Assembly: GCA_024404655.1 (NCBI GenBank)
Contig: JAKSPR010000001.1
Coordinates: forward strand, 1 to 32,157
Source of the DNA: Clostridia bacterium
GTDB taxonomy: Bacteria; Bacillota; Clostridia; Oscillospirales; CAG-272
Reading direction: 5' to 3'
DNA length: 32,157 nt
The notes under the pieces are model-generated. The model did no database searches, had not been told where the DNA came from, and saw nothing but the letters and a program-made list of their open reading frames with translations. Within the stretch, counting starts at the first letter, position 1, and each line of letters begins with the position of its first letter. The translations under genes and the position numbers were made by a program. Shown here one piece after another: positions 8,678 to 17,547 of the stretch.

Positions 8678-9535
8678 GTGTATCAGGTCAGATTATGTAT
8701 CGGCACCATGGGTGCCTTCGGAAAAATGCCCGATGAGCAGGTGAAGCTCATTAAGGATGTCGGCTTTGACGGCTTCTTTACAGGCTGGGCGCCTGGCGGC
8801 GGAGTACAGTTATACCGCGAAGCGGCTGACAAGTACGGGATGCTGTATCAGTCCATCCACGCACCGTTTACAAAGGCGAAAGCAATGTGGGGAACAGGTG
8901 AGGCTGCGGATATTGCGGTAAACGAGCTTCTTGCCTGCCTTGAAGACACTGCAGCTGTTCATGTACCGATTATGGTTGTCCATACTTTCATTGGTTTTGA
9001 AGATCATACCCCAACCCCGGAAGGTATTATCAACTTCGGAAAAGTTGTTGACCGCGCGGAGGAACTCGGCGTGACGATCGCATTTGAGAACACCGAAGGT
9101 GAAGAGTATCTTGCTGCGCTGATGGACGCCTTCAAGGACAGAAAATCTGTCGGTTTCTGCTGGGATACCGGCCATGAGATGTGCTATAATCACAGCAAGG
9201 ATATGATGGCGCTCTACGGTGACCGTCTTGTGGGTACCCACATCAACGACAATCTCGGCATCAAGGATTTTGACGGCGTGATCACATGGATCGACGATCT
9301 GCATCTGCTTCCCTTTGACGGAATTGCAGACTGGGATTACAATACCGCACGTCTTGCAAAGCACGGTTTTGCAGGTCCTCTGACTTTTGAGCTCTCCATG
9401 GATTCCAAACCCGGACGTCATGAAAACGATGTCTACCACGGCATGAGCGGAGAAGAATATCTCACCGAGGTCTACAAACGTGCCTGCCGTGTGGGAACGC
9501 TGTTTGTACGGAACCAGGGCAAATACGGAAAATAA
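8678..9535 (+). CDS. Xylose-isomerase-like TIM-barrel protein (sugar phosphate isomerase/epimerase family)
   Basis: 285 aa with a GTG start, 23 nt after the GH2 stop. Metal-ligand-type blocks 'IAFENTEG', 'CWDTGHE', 'GTHINDN' and 'LTFEL'. Confidence 0.82.
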   Translation: MYQVRLCIGTMGAFGKMPDEQVKLIKDVGFDGFFTGWAPGGGVQLYREAADKYGMLYQSIHAPFTKAKAMWGTGEAADIAVNELLACLEDTAAVHVPIMVVHTFIGFEDHTPTPEGIINFGKVVDRAEELGVTIAFENTEGEEYLAALMDAFKDRKSVGFCWDTGHEMCYNHSKDMMALYGDRLVGTHINDNLGIKDFDGVITWIDDLHLLPFDGIADWDYNTARLAKHGFAGPLTFELSMDSKPGRHENDVYHGMSGEEYLTEVYKRACRVGTLFVRNQGKYGK

Positions 9536-9537
9536 TC

Positions 9538-9567
9538 AAAAAAGCGGGGGGCACCCCCTGCTTTTTT
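9538..9567 (+). terminator. Intrinsic terminator after the GH2-TIM barrel operon
   Basis: AAAAAAGCGGGGGGCACCCCCTGCTTTTTTAC: a GC stem followed by a T6 run. Confidence 0.85.
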
Positions 9568-9643
9568 ACGATCTCTGATAGAATTTGCGATGTTTTTTTC
9601 TGAATGTTTGCAGGATTGTTTTCTTTTTTTGCAGTATAGGGTA

Positions 9644-9672
9644 TTTTATGGATCCCGTCGTAATGTTATAAT
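9644..9672 (+). promoter_or_regulatory. Putative promoter of the binding-protein-led operon (extended -10 type)
   Basis: TGTTATAAT extended -10 (hexamer 9667-9672), with a weak -35 TTTTAT (9644-9649) at 17 nt. Confidence 0.35.
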
Positions 9673-9747
9673 TAAGATGCAGGCGGGATGATGCATCCGG
9701 TTATACAGCGACATAGCTATACAGCCTGCGGAAAGGAACAATCCGAT

Positions 9748-11241
9748 ATGAATCATTCTGTAAACCTGAAAACGGCGGCTGTGTCCGTTCTGCTCCTGTC
9801 AGCGATTCTGACAGCCTGCGGCGGGGAGACCGCACAGAATCCCGTGACGACAAACGCACCGGGCGGCACGGCTGCAGCCCCTGCTGTCACAGAGGCAGTG
9901 ACCGAAGAAAATCGTCTTTACCCAGCCTACGAACTTGATCTTGGCGGTTCGGATTTCCACATGTTCTATTTTGATGAGGTCGGTATGTGCGGATGGTCAA
10001 GCGAGATCCCCAACGACCTGTATGCAGCGGAGGAAACCGGTGATATTCTGGCGGATGCGGTTTACCGCCGCAATCTTTCCGTGGAGGAAAAATACAATGT
10101 CAAGCTGACGGCAGAAGCCTGCCCGGACTGGGATATCACCGCGCGTGTGTCAAAATCCGTTTTGTCCGGTGCCGGCAGCTATGATGCGGTGTTCCCGCAC
10201 TGGCAGATCATGCAGCCGCTGATCACGGGGAACTATCTGACCCAGCTGGACAGTTATCTCGACGTTTCCATGCCGTGGTGGGATGCGCGCTCCAAAGAAG
10301 GCTTCTCTGTGGGCGGAAAGACCTTTGCATTGTCGGGAGACCTGACCTTTATGGATAAGTTGACCGACATTGTTCTGTTTTTCAATAAGAAGATGGCGGC
10401 AGACTATGATCTCGGTGATATCTATCAGATGGTCGTTGACCATAAGTGGACTTTTGATAAAATGCTGGAGATCTGCTCGAACCTGTCTGCGGACCTTGAC
10501 AATAACGGCAAGTATGATAAAAACGACCGTTTCGGTTTTGCCGGACAGAACGATGCTTCGTATGAGCTTTTCAACTCCTCCGGTGAGAAGTTCTGCTCCA
10601 TCGGTTCCGACGGTGTTCCGTATCTTTCCAACGACAGCGAGCGCGCCATCGGCGTCATGATGCGGGTATATGAGTTCATGAACGATTCCCGCAGCTTCTT
10701 CAACCGTCAGGCGGCGAACCTCTCAGTTGCGGATGCCATCAATATGTTCAAATCCGATAATGTCTTTATCCTTATGCGCCCGCTGCAGACGGTCATGGAG
10801 CTGCGTTCCATGAATGCGGACTTCGGTATCATCCCCACACCGCTGATGGATGATGCACAGACGGATTATTACACTTCCATTGGCTATACTGTTGCCATTG
10901 CGACCTGTATTCCCTCGGATGCCAAGGATGTCACAGTTTCTGCAGCGATTCTCGACACCATGGCAGCGGAATCCTATTACTCCATGAATGAAGTTTTCTA
11001 TGACATGGTGCTCGGCTCCAAGGTGATCCGGGACGATATTTCCCGGCAGAATCTGGATATTATTTTTGAAAATCATCTTTATGATCCCGGCTGTATATTC
11101 GGCTTCGGCGGCATGGCATCCGAATTCCTGAACAACTATAAGAACCGGACCGACAAGGTGGCATCCACCATTGAAAAATTCAAGCCCAAGGTCGAAAAGG
11201 ATATCGAGAAGTTCATGGATACCCTTGCAAATCTGGAATGA
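9748..11241 (+). CDS. ABC-transporter extracellular solute-binding lipoprotein (large, about 500-aa sugar/oligosaccharide type)
   Basis: Start chosen at MNHSVNLKTAAVSVLLLSAILTAC|GG (lipobox LTAC), with GAAAGGAA 8 nt upstream. Size and composition fit a family-1 binding protein. No permease or ATPase gene is adjacent. Confidence 0.85.
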   Translation: MNHSVNLKTAAVSVLLLSAILTACGGETAQNPVTTNAPGGTAAAPAVTEAVTEENRLYPAYELDLGGSDFHMFYFDEVGMCGWSSEIPNDLYAAEETGDILADAVYRRNLSVEEKYNVKLTAEACPDWDITARVSKSVLSGAGSYDAVFPHWQIMQPLITGNYLTQLDSYLDVSMPWWDARSKEGFSVGGKTFALSGDLTFMDKLTDIVLFFNKKMAADYDLGDIYQMVVDHKWTFDKMLEICSNLSADLDNNGKYDKNDRFGFAGQNDASYELFNSSGEKFCSIGSDGVPYLSNDSERAIGVMMRVYEFMNDSRSFFNRQAANLSVADAINMFKSDNVFILMRPLQTVMELRSMNADFGIIPTPLMDDAQTDYYTSIGYTVAIATCIPSDAKDVTVSAAILDTMAAESYYSMNEVFYDMVLGSKVIRDDISRQNLDIIFENHLYDPGCIFGFGGMASEFLNNYKNRTDKVASTIEKFKPKVEKDIEKFMDTLANLE

Positions 11242-11269
11242 TTCCGGAAAATGAAAGGAAGAAACTAAA

Positions 11270-12019
11270 ATGAGTTATCAGAATAAGACCGTAATAATCA
11301 CAGGCGGCGCATCCGGTATGGGTCTGCTCTCCGGTCAATGTTACGCAAGAGAAGGCGCAAACGTCGTCCTTGTGGATATCAATAAGGAAATGCTGGAGGA
11401 AAAGTGTGCGGAGATTGCAGCATATCCGGCAAATGTGCTGGGTGTGTGCATCGACATCCGCAATTATGATCAGGTGGAGGATGCCTGCCGTCAGGCGGTA
11501 GAAAAATTCGGCTCCATTGATCTGCTCATCAACAGCGCAGGCGGCGCAGAGACACGGATCTGCAAGGTCGGCGGAGAATTCCAGGATATTCCGATCGACG
11601 TCTATGATTTCGGTATTGACGTCAATCTGAAAGGTGCGATCTATTTTGATCATGCTGTCATGAAGCAGATGGCAAAACAGAAGAGCGGCGTCATCATTCA
11701 TCTCGGATCCATCACGGGACAAGAAGGATGTTCGGTCAACATCGCCTACAGTGCTTCTAAATCCGCGCTGATGAACGGTGTAACGAAATCCATTGCACTG
11801 GCAGGTGCGAAGTACAATATACGCACGGTCTGTGTCGCACCCGGTCCGGTCCTTACCCGTCCCGGTATGGCAGGTATGAAGACCCTCTGCGGCAGAGCGG
11901 CAGAGCCCCAGGAGATCGTCGATATGATCATGTATGCGGCATCCGATAAGTGCGCGTTCTTGAATGGAACCACTATATTAATGGATGGCGGACGCAATGT
12001 CATGTTCAATAAAACCTGA
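11270..12019 (+). CDS. SDR family oxidoreductase
   Basis: 249 aa. 'TGGASGMG' dinucleotide motif, 'NSAGG', catalytic 'YSASK'. RBS AAAGGAAG. Confidence 0.9.
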   Translation: MSYQNKTVIITGGASGMGLLSGQCYAREGANVVLVDINKEMLEEKCAEIAAYPANVLGVCIDIRNYDQVEDACRQAVEKFGSIDLLINSAGGAETRICKVGGEFQDIPIDVYDFGIDVNLKGAIYFDHAVMKQMAKQKSGVIIHLGSITGQEGCSVNIAYSASKSALMNGVTKSIALAGAKYNIRTVCVAPGPVLTRPGMAGMKTLCGRAAEPQEIVDMIMYAASDKCAFLNGTTILMDGGRNVMFNKT

Positions 12020-12037
12020 TAATATGAGGATGGATTT

Positions 12038-12769
12038 ATGAAACGCTTTGAGGGGAAATGCGTCATGATCACCGGTGCCTCGGTGGGCATCGGGCAGGCA
12101 TGCGCAGAGCAGTTTGCAAAAGACGGTGCCAATTTGGTTCTTGCTGATGTTGATCTGGAAAAACTGGAAATTCTTGCAAAGACACTGCAGGACACCTGTC
12201 AGGTCAGGGTTTTATTTGCATTATGTGATGTCTCCAATGATGCGGCTGTCCGGAAACTTGTCAGTGATGCCTGTGAAGCATTCGGACGGATCGACATCCT
12301 TGTCAACAACGCCGGAATCTGGCGGCGGTTCATGCCCTTTACTGAGACGACGAGTGAGATGTGGAAAAAATACATTGATGTCAACATTCTCGGCACCATG
12401 TACTGTACGCATGCGGTGCTGCCGGGCATGCTTTCTGCCGGATGGGGCCGGGTTATCAATGTCGGTTCTGTTGCCGGAGTTTATGGCAATGCCAATATGG
12501 TGGACTATTCCACGACAAAGGGTGCGGTTATCGCCTTTACGAAAGCTCTGGCAAAGGAAGTTTCGCCCAAAGGCGTAACAGTGAACTGCGTCTCCCCGGG
12601 CAGCGTCAGCAACCATCAGGATGAGATCGAGCCCTCGGAGCTGTCTTTCATGGGACGCACCGGAACACATACGGAGAACGCAAACATGATTTGTTTCCTC
12701 GCAAGCGACGAGGCAGCTTATATTTCCGGTCAGAATATTCAGGTTGACGGCTGCAGGAAAAAGATGTGA
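12038..12769 (+). CDS. SDR family oxidoreductase (second paralogue)
   Basis: 243 aa. 'TGASVGIG', 'NNAGI', catalytic 'YSTTK'. RBS GAGGA 7 nt upstream. Confidence 0.9.
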   Translation: MKRFEGKCVMITGASVGIGQACAEQFAKDGANLVLADVDLEKLEILAKTLQDTCQVRVLFALCDVSNDAAVRKLVSDACEAFGRIDILVNNAGIWRRFMPFTETTSEMWKKYIDVNILGTMYCTHAVLPGMLSAGWGRVINVGSVAGVYGNANMVDYSTTKGAVIAFTKALAKEVSPKGVTVNCVSPGSVSNHQDEIEPSELSFMGRTGTHTENANMICFLASDEAAYISGQNIQVDGCRKKM

Positions 12770-12803
12770 CAGGAGCAGAAAAAGAAAGGTACGGTTATCC
12801 GAT

Positions 12804-13580
12804 ATGATCTATAAACCAACATTTTTGCATCAGAACCGTCCGCTCAACACCTGCATGATCCAGACGGATCGTGCGGATATCGCGCGGAATCTGAGCCGGG
12901 ATGCGGCTTTTGACGGCTGTGACGCTTACGGCTTCCAGATGGAATGCTTTGATAAGAACAGCCGAACGGAGGATGTGATCCGAGGCATTTTTTCCTTCAT
13001 GGACGGGAAACCCATTTACGTCACCAATTACCGTTATCAGCAGAACGCAGGAATGACGGACGATGAACTGTCCGAGGGATTATTTTTCCTCCGCCGCTGC
13101 GGGGCAACCCTGCTTGATGTGATGGGAGATTATTATTGTCCCACGCCGGGTGAACTCACCATGGATCCGGATGCCATTGCAAAACAGAAGGATCTGATCG
13201 CGCGGATCCATGACGCGGGCGGAGAGGTCCTCATGTCCTCCCATGTGCTGAAATACACCCCGGCAGAAGAAGTGCTCCGTATTGCAAAGGAGCATGAAGC
13301 CCGCGGCGCGGATATCGCCAAAATCGTCACGGCAGCAAACACCGAGGAAGAAGAACTGGAAAACCTGCGCATCACCACGCTTCTGCGGCGTGAGCTGAAC
13401 ATCCCGTTTCTGTTCCTCTCAGGCGGCAGTCACTGCCAGCTGCACAGGACCATCGGTCCGATGCTGGGCTGCTGCATGTGGCTGACTGTCCATGAGCAGA
13501 CGAACACGGCTACCAAATCCCAGCCCTCGACCCGTGCCATCCGCGCAATCGCCGATAATTTTTCGTACACACACCCGTGA
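12804..13580 (+). CDS. Type I 3-dehydroquinate dehydratase (AroD)-like protein, outside any shikimate-pathway context
   Basis: 258 aa from the ATG at 12804. It aligns by eye with the C-terminal half of E. coli AroD: 'EVLMSSHVLKYTPAEE' (His-143 region), 'GADIAKIVTAANTEEE' (Schiff-base Lys-170 region) and 'FLFLSGGSHCQLHRTIGPMLG' (the MSMxxxGxxSR region). Confidence 0.72.
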   Translation: MIYKPTFLHQNRPLNTCMIQTDRADIARNLSRDAAFDGCDAYGFQMECFDKNSRTEDVIRGIFSFMDGKPIYVTNYRYQQNAGMTDDELSEGLFFLRRCGATLLDVMGDYYCPTPGELTMDPDAIAKQKDLIARIHDAGGEVLMSSHVLKYTPAEEVLRIAKEHEARGADIAKIVTAANTEEEELENLRITTLLRRELNIPFLFLSGGSHCQLHRTIGPMLGCCMWLTVHEQTNTATKSQPSTRAIRAIADNFSYTHP

Positions 13581-13629
13581 CTATGCCAATATACATATCT
13601 GTGACCTATGCAAAAAGGAGAAACCTCAA

Positions 13630-14619
13630 ATGAAAGCCATTCTTGTTAATCCCGATAAAAGCCTTGTCTGGACTGACGTCCCGACCCCTGTTCCCGCCGA
13701 TGATGAAGTCCTTGTGGAGATTTGCTGCGCAGCGCTGAACCGTGCAGACCTCATGCAGCGCGACGGCGATTATCCGCCCCCTCCCGGCTGTCCCGAATGG
13801 ATGGGACTGGAAATCTCCGGTTATGTCCGTGAACTGGGCAAAACCGCGCAGAAGATGAGTGGCTGGAAGATCGGAGATGCGGTCTGTGCATTGCTCGGTG
13901 GCGGCGGATATGCCCAGTATGTCACAGTCAAATATGACATGCTGATGCCCGTCCCCAAGGGCCGCACGATGGAAGAAGCAGCGGCAATCCCCGAAGCTTA
14001 CTGTACCTCTTATCTGAATCTGTTTATCGAGGGCGGAGCGAAAGCGGGAGATACCCTGCTCATGCAGGCAGGTGCATCGGGACTGGCTTCTGTTGTCATC
14101 CCCATGGCAAAAGCGTTTGGACTTCGTGTCATCACAACTGTCATCAGCGATGAAATGGCGGAGCGCATCAAGCCTCTCGGAGCGGATATCATTGTCAATA
14201 CTGCAAAGGAAGCGCTTTCCGATGTACTTCGGGCGCAGCTGGAAGCGGGTACTCCTGTGGATATTGCTATTGACTGTCTCGGCGGAGCATCCATGGGTTC
14301 GTGTCTGCCTTATCTTGCCCGCGGCGCGCGGTGGATCATGATCGCAGCGCTGACCGGACAGATCACGGAAATTGATCTGAAAAACATCTATGTCCGCAAT
14401 GTCCGCATCATTGGTTCGACCCTGCGTTCCCGCACACCGGAGTTCAAGGCAGAATTGCTCCGGAAACTGGTGGCAGAGGTCTTCCCGAAGATGGAACAGG
14501 GGCTCATCCCGCCTTTCATTTACCGCGTCCTTCCCATTACGGAAGCGGAAACCGCTCATGCGATTATGGCAGAAGGAAAACACAACGGCAAGATTGTCAT
14601 GACTGTGCCGCATGATTGA
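13630..14619 (+). CDS. Zinc-independent MDR, NAD(P)H:quinone/enone oxidoreductase (PIG3/Qor type)
   Basis: 329 aa from the ATG at 13630, with GGAG 9 nt upstream. 'ALNRADLMQRDGDYPPPPG' signature and 'AGASGLAS' nucleotide loop. Confidence 0.87.
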   Translation: MKAILVNPDKSLVWTDVPTPVPADDEVLVEICCAALNRADLMQRDGDYPPPPGCPEWMGLEISGYVRELGKTAQKMSGWKIGDAVCALLGGGGYAQYVTVKYDMLMPVPKGRTMEEAAAIPEAYCTSYLNLFIEGGAKAGDTLLMQAGASGLASVVIPMAKAFGLRVITTVISDEMAERIKPLGADIIVNTAKEALSDVLRAQLEAGTPVDIAIDCLGGASMGSCLPYLARGARWIMIAALTGQITEIDLKNIYVRNVRIIGSTLRSRTPEFKAELLRKLVAEVFPKMEQGLIPPFIYRVLPITEAETAHAIMAEGKHNGKIVMTVPHD

Positions 14620-14628
14620 ATAACGACG

Positions 14629-14668
14629 CAGCGGACCAGCTCTGAAAGCTGGTCCGCTGTTTGTTTCA
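14629..14668. terminator. Intrinsic terminator between convergent MDR and TIM-barrel genes
   Basis: Perfect 13-bp stem CAGCGGACCAGCT (14629-14641) / AGCTGGTCCGCTG (14647-14659), followed by TTTGTTTC on +. The T-tract on the - strand is weaker. Confidence 0.8.
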
Positions 14669-14676
14669 CTTGATTC

Positions 14677-15534
14677 TTATGCAAGGCGTTCCAGAATCCG
14701 GATCGACTGGCGCACGCCCTCATCAAAGGGTTCCGGATGGCAGAGTTCCAGCGCATAGACACCGTCATAGCCGGCTTCACGCAGAACTTCCATACAGCCG
14801 GTGATGTTGACCGTGCCGTCTCCGGTGAGCACATCCCGCAGCCACATCTGATTCTTTCCGTTCTCCATGGGCAGCCAGTAGATACCGGGCTGTTCCGGAG
14901 ATTTCTTGCGCAGATAGTCCTTGACGTGGACGTGCCGGATCTCTTTGGCATAAGCACGGAAGAAATCCTCCGGCTCAGTGCCGACGAACAGGGAGTTGCC
15001 CATATCGCCGCAGACGCCGACATTCGGACAGACGCGCCTGACTTCATAATAGAACTTTCCGAAGTTCTCAACACCGTTTGCATACATGCCCTGATCTTCA
15101 TAGAGGCAAGTCAGTCCCAGCGGGGCGGACGCACGGGCAATGCGGACAGCAGCTTCTGCCGCGGTTTCCAGCGCTTCCTCAGCATTTGGAATATCCGCTC
15201 TCGGACGGAGACCGGGGATCAGCGTGTGATGGAGGAACGGGGAACCGATGGCAGCAGCCAGCTCCGCATGGAGGAGCAGGTTTTTCTCGGATTCCGGGTC
15301 ATGGTACAGATTGACGCCTACCGAATAGCAGGCAAGGGAGATACCGCGGGCAGACAGAGCGGCTCCGGCCTGTTTTGCAGTGTCGGTATCGCGGAGCAGC
15401 GGTGTTTTGCCCGGTCCGGCAGTATCCAGTACCTCCCCATAGGGAAGACCGAGTGACAGCATCTTATCGGCGGTTTTATCTGTGCCTGCTTCCAGAAGCA
15501 ACTCGATGAAGTTTGTATACATGGCAAATTTCAT
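14677..15534 (-). CDS. Xylose-isomerase-like TIM-barrel protein (second, divergent copy)
   Basis: 285 aa. Blocks 'CLYEDQG', 'CGDMGN', 'HVHVKD' and 'ALEL'. GAGG 9 nt upstream of the ATG at 15534. Confidence 0.82.
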   Translation of the reverse strand: MKFAMYTNFIELLLEAGTDKTADKMLSLGLPYGEVLDTAGPGKTPLLRDTDTAKQAGAALSARGISLACYSVGVNLYHDPESEKNLLLHAELAAAIGSPFLHHTLIPGLRPRADIPNAEEALETAAEAAVRIARASAPLGLTCLYEDQGMYANGVENFGKFYYEVRRVCPNVGVCGDMGNSLFVGTEPEDFFRAYAKEIRHVHVKDYLRKKSPEQPGIYWLPMENGKNQMWLRDVLTGDGTVNITGCMEVLREAGYDGVYALELCHPEPFDEGVRQSIRILERLA

Positions 15535-15561
15535 GGTTTGGGTCCTCGTTTCGTCAATGGA

Positions 15562-15581
15562 ATTTTTCTGATATCATTATC
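15562..15581 (-). promoter_or_regulatory. Candidate shared operator / -10 region upstream of the second TIM-barrel gene
   Basis: The - strand reads GATAATGATATCAGAAAAAT. 14 of 15 central positions match the GH78 promoter region (26011-26030), including the palindrome TGATATCA (15569-15576). Confidence 0.35.
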
Positions 15582-15650
15582 TTCCGGGAACGTGACAGCC
15601 CGGTGAAAAACAGATATATATTCACAAATCATTTACAATATCGGAAGAAC

Positions 15651-15680
15651 TTGACAAAACCGCATGAACTGCGATATAAT
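15651..15680 (+). promoter_or_regulatory. Consensus sigma-A promoter of the four-gene operon
   Basis: TTGACA (15651-15656), 18-nt spacer, TATAAT (15675-15680), 31 nt upstream of the ATG at 15712. Confidence 0.6.
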
Positions 15681-15711
15681 AGGCACAGGAAAACATAGGA
15701 GGACACCCGAA

Positions 15712-16386
15712 ATGAAACTGATTTTTGTCCGGCACGGTCACCCGGATTACGTGACCGATACGCTGACGGAAAAGGGACATCCGCAGGCCGAAGCCGCTGC
15801 TCATCGTCTGGAACGGGAGCATATTACAAAGATTTATTCTTCTTCCTGCGGCCGGGCGGTCCAGACGGCGGAGCATACAGCAAAGCTTCTGGGGCTACCC
15901 GTGACGCAGCTTGAATTTATGCGGGAGATCCGCTGGGGCGTGCCCGGCGGGGATAATGCCGTCTACAATCCATGGAATGCCGCGCTTCGCATGGCCGGAG
16001 AGGGTATTGACCTGTTCCATCATGACCCCAAGGACGATACGATCTGGAAAGGTACCTACCTTGAAGAATCCGTGAAAAAGGTCAGGGAAGGGTTTGATGC
16101 CCTGCTTGCGGAACTCGGATATCAGAGGGAGGGCGGATGCTATCGCTGTGTGAAGCAGAATGAAGATGTGATTGCCATTTTCTCTCACGGCGGATCAAGC
16201 TCTGCTGCCATGTCACACCTGCTGGGCGTTGAAATGCTCGGTTTTGCTGCGGTATACTGTATTGATTATACGTCGATCAGCATTTTTGAATTCCGTATGG
16301 GAGAGGGCGAGATCGGACTGCCCTCACTGGTTTTATTCAACGATCACGCGCATCTCGAATCCGCGCTTCCCAATGCGTTCTTTTAA
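15712..16386 (+). CDS. Histidine phosphatase family protein (phosphoglycerate-mutase-like)
   Basis: 224 aa from the ATG at 15712, with AGGAGGA upstream. Catalytic 'FVRHGH' (RHG motif) and a distal 'FSHGG' His. Confidence 0.87.
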   Translation: MKLIFVRHGHPDYVTDTLTEKGHPQAEAAAHRLEREHITKIYSSSCGRAVQTAEHTAKLLGLPVTQLEFMREIRWGVPGGDNAVYNPWNAALRMAGEGIDLFHHDPKDDTIWKGTYLEESVKKVREGFDALLAELGYQREGGCYRCVKQNEDVIAIFSHGGSSSAAMSHLLGVEMLGFAAVYCIDYTSISIFEFRMGEGEIGLPSLVLFNDHAHLESALPNAFF

Positions 16387-16421
16387 TAACAAGTAACATA
16401 GACTGTCAGGAGGATATTCCG

Positions 16422-17453
16422 ATGGAAAATCAGAAATTCATGCAGCCGATGGAGCATCTCCACATGCTGCTCGATACCGAAGTCCCGTCCATGCGCTGGG
16501 ACGGCGTCACCCCGATTGCAGATTGGCAGAAATGCGCAAGAGAAAAGCTGGCGGCGCTTGTAGGTCTTGATGAAATCGAGCCTTACAGAACCGATGCGCG
16601 TCTGGAAATCGAATTTGACCGCATCTGCGAAGAGGAAGGCTTCCGCGAGATCCGTTTCCGCTTTTATTCCGAAGAAAACGTCTCTGTTCCATGTCATCTG
16701 GTTCAGCCGCTTGGCGCAGAGAAGCCGTTGCCGGTGGTGATCTGTCTGCAGGGACATTCCAAAGGAATGCATATTTCCCTCGGCAGACCGATCTATCCGG
16801 GAGACGAGGAAACCTGTCACGGCGGAGACCGTGATTTCTGCGTTCGTGCAGTCAAAGAGGGCGTCTGCGCCATCGCAATGGAGCAGCGCTGTTTCGGCGA
16901 ATCCGGTGGTACCGAAAAGGGACCCGACTGCAGACAGGCTGCCATGCGTGCGATCCTGCTCGGACGGACACTGATCGGTGAGCGTGTATGGGATATCATG
17001 CGCCTGATCGACGTCATTGAACAGAACTTCACTGAAATCTGTGATAAGGATAAGATTATGTGCCTCGGCAATTCCGGCGGCGGTACGGCAACGGTTTATG
17101 CGTCTGCTCTGGAGACCCGCATCAGATTCGCCGTTCCGTCCTGCGCAGTATGCCGTTTCGCGGATTCCATCGGTGCGATGATGCACTGTGAGTGCAACTT
17201 TGTTCCGGGAATTGCAAAGGTCTTTGATATGGGAGAATTGTGCGGTCTGATCGCGCCCCGCAAGCTGGTGGTGGTCTCCGGTCACAACGATCCGATCTTC
17301 CCGCTGGATGGGGCGAAGGCGTGTGTCGCAGAAGCAAAACGCATTTATACTGCATTAGGTGCGCCCGACAACATTGCCCATGTGGTCGGCGATGGCGCAC
17401 ACCGGTTCTATGCTGGTGACGCATGGCCGGTCATTCATGCCATGGCGGACTGA
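16422..17453 (+). CDS. Alpha/beta hydrolase (acetyl-xylan-esterase / dienelactone-hydrolase-like carbohydrate esterase)
   Basis: 343 aa. Nucleophile elbow 'LGNSGGG', and C-terminal 'GHNDPIFP' and 'GDGAHRF' supplying the Asp/His candidates. RBS CAGGAGGA. Confidence 0.82.
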   Translation: MENQKFMQPMEHLHMLLDTEVPSMRWDGVTPIADWQKCAREKLAALVGLDEIEPYRTDARLEIEFDRICEEEGFREIRFRFYSEENVSVPCHLVQPLGAEKPLPVVICLQGHSKGMHISLGRPIYPGDEETCHGGDRDFCVRAVKEGVCAIAMEQRCFGESGGTEKGPDCRQAAMRAILLGRTLIGERVWDIMRLIDVIEQNFTEICDKDKIMCLGNSGGGTATVYASALETRIRFAVPSCAVCRFADSIGAMMHCECNFVPGIAKVFDMGELCGLIAPRKLVVVSGHNDPIFPLDGAKACVAEAKRIYTALGAPDNIAHVVGDGAHRFYAGDAWPVIHAMAD

Positions 17454-17547
17454 AAAAGAAATCTTACAGGGCTGCCTGGTATTACAGCCGCAGCCCATAT
17501 ACTTTCAATATGAAAATGATGAACGTCAGGAGGGAGAAATAGACACC

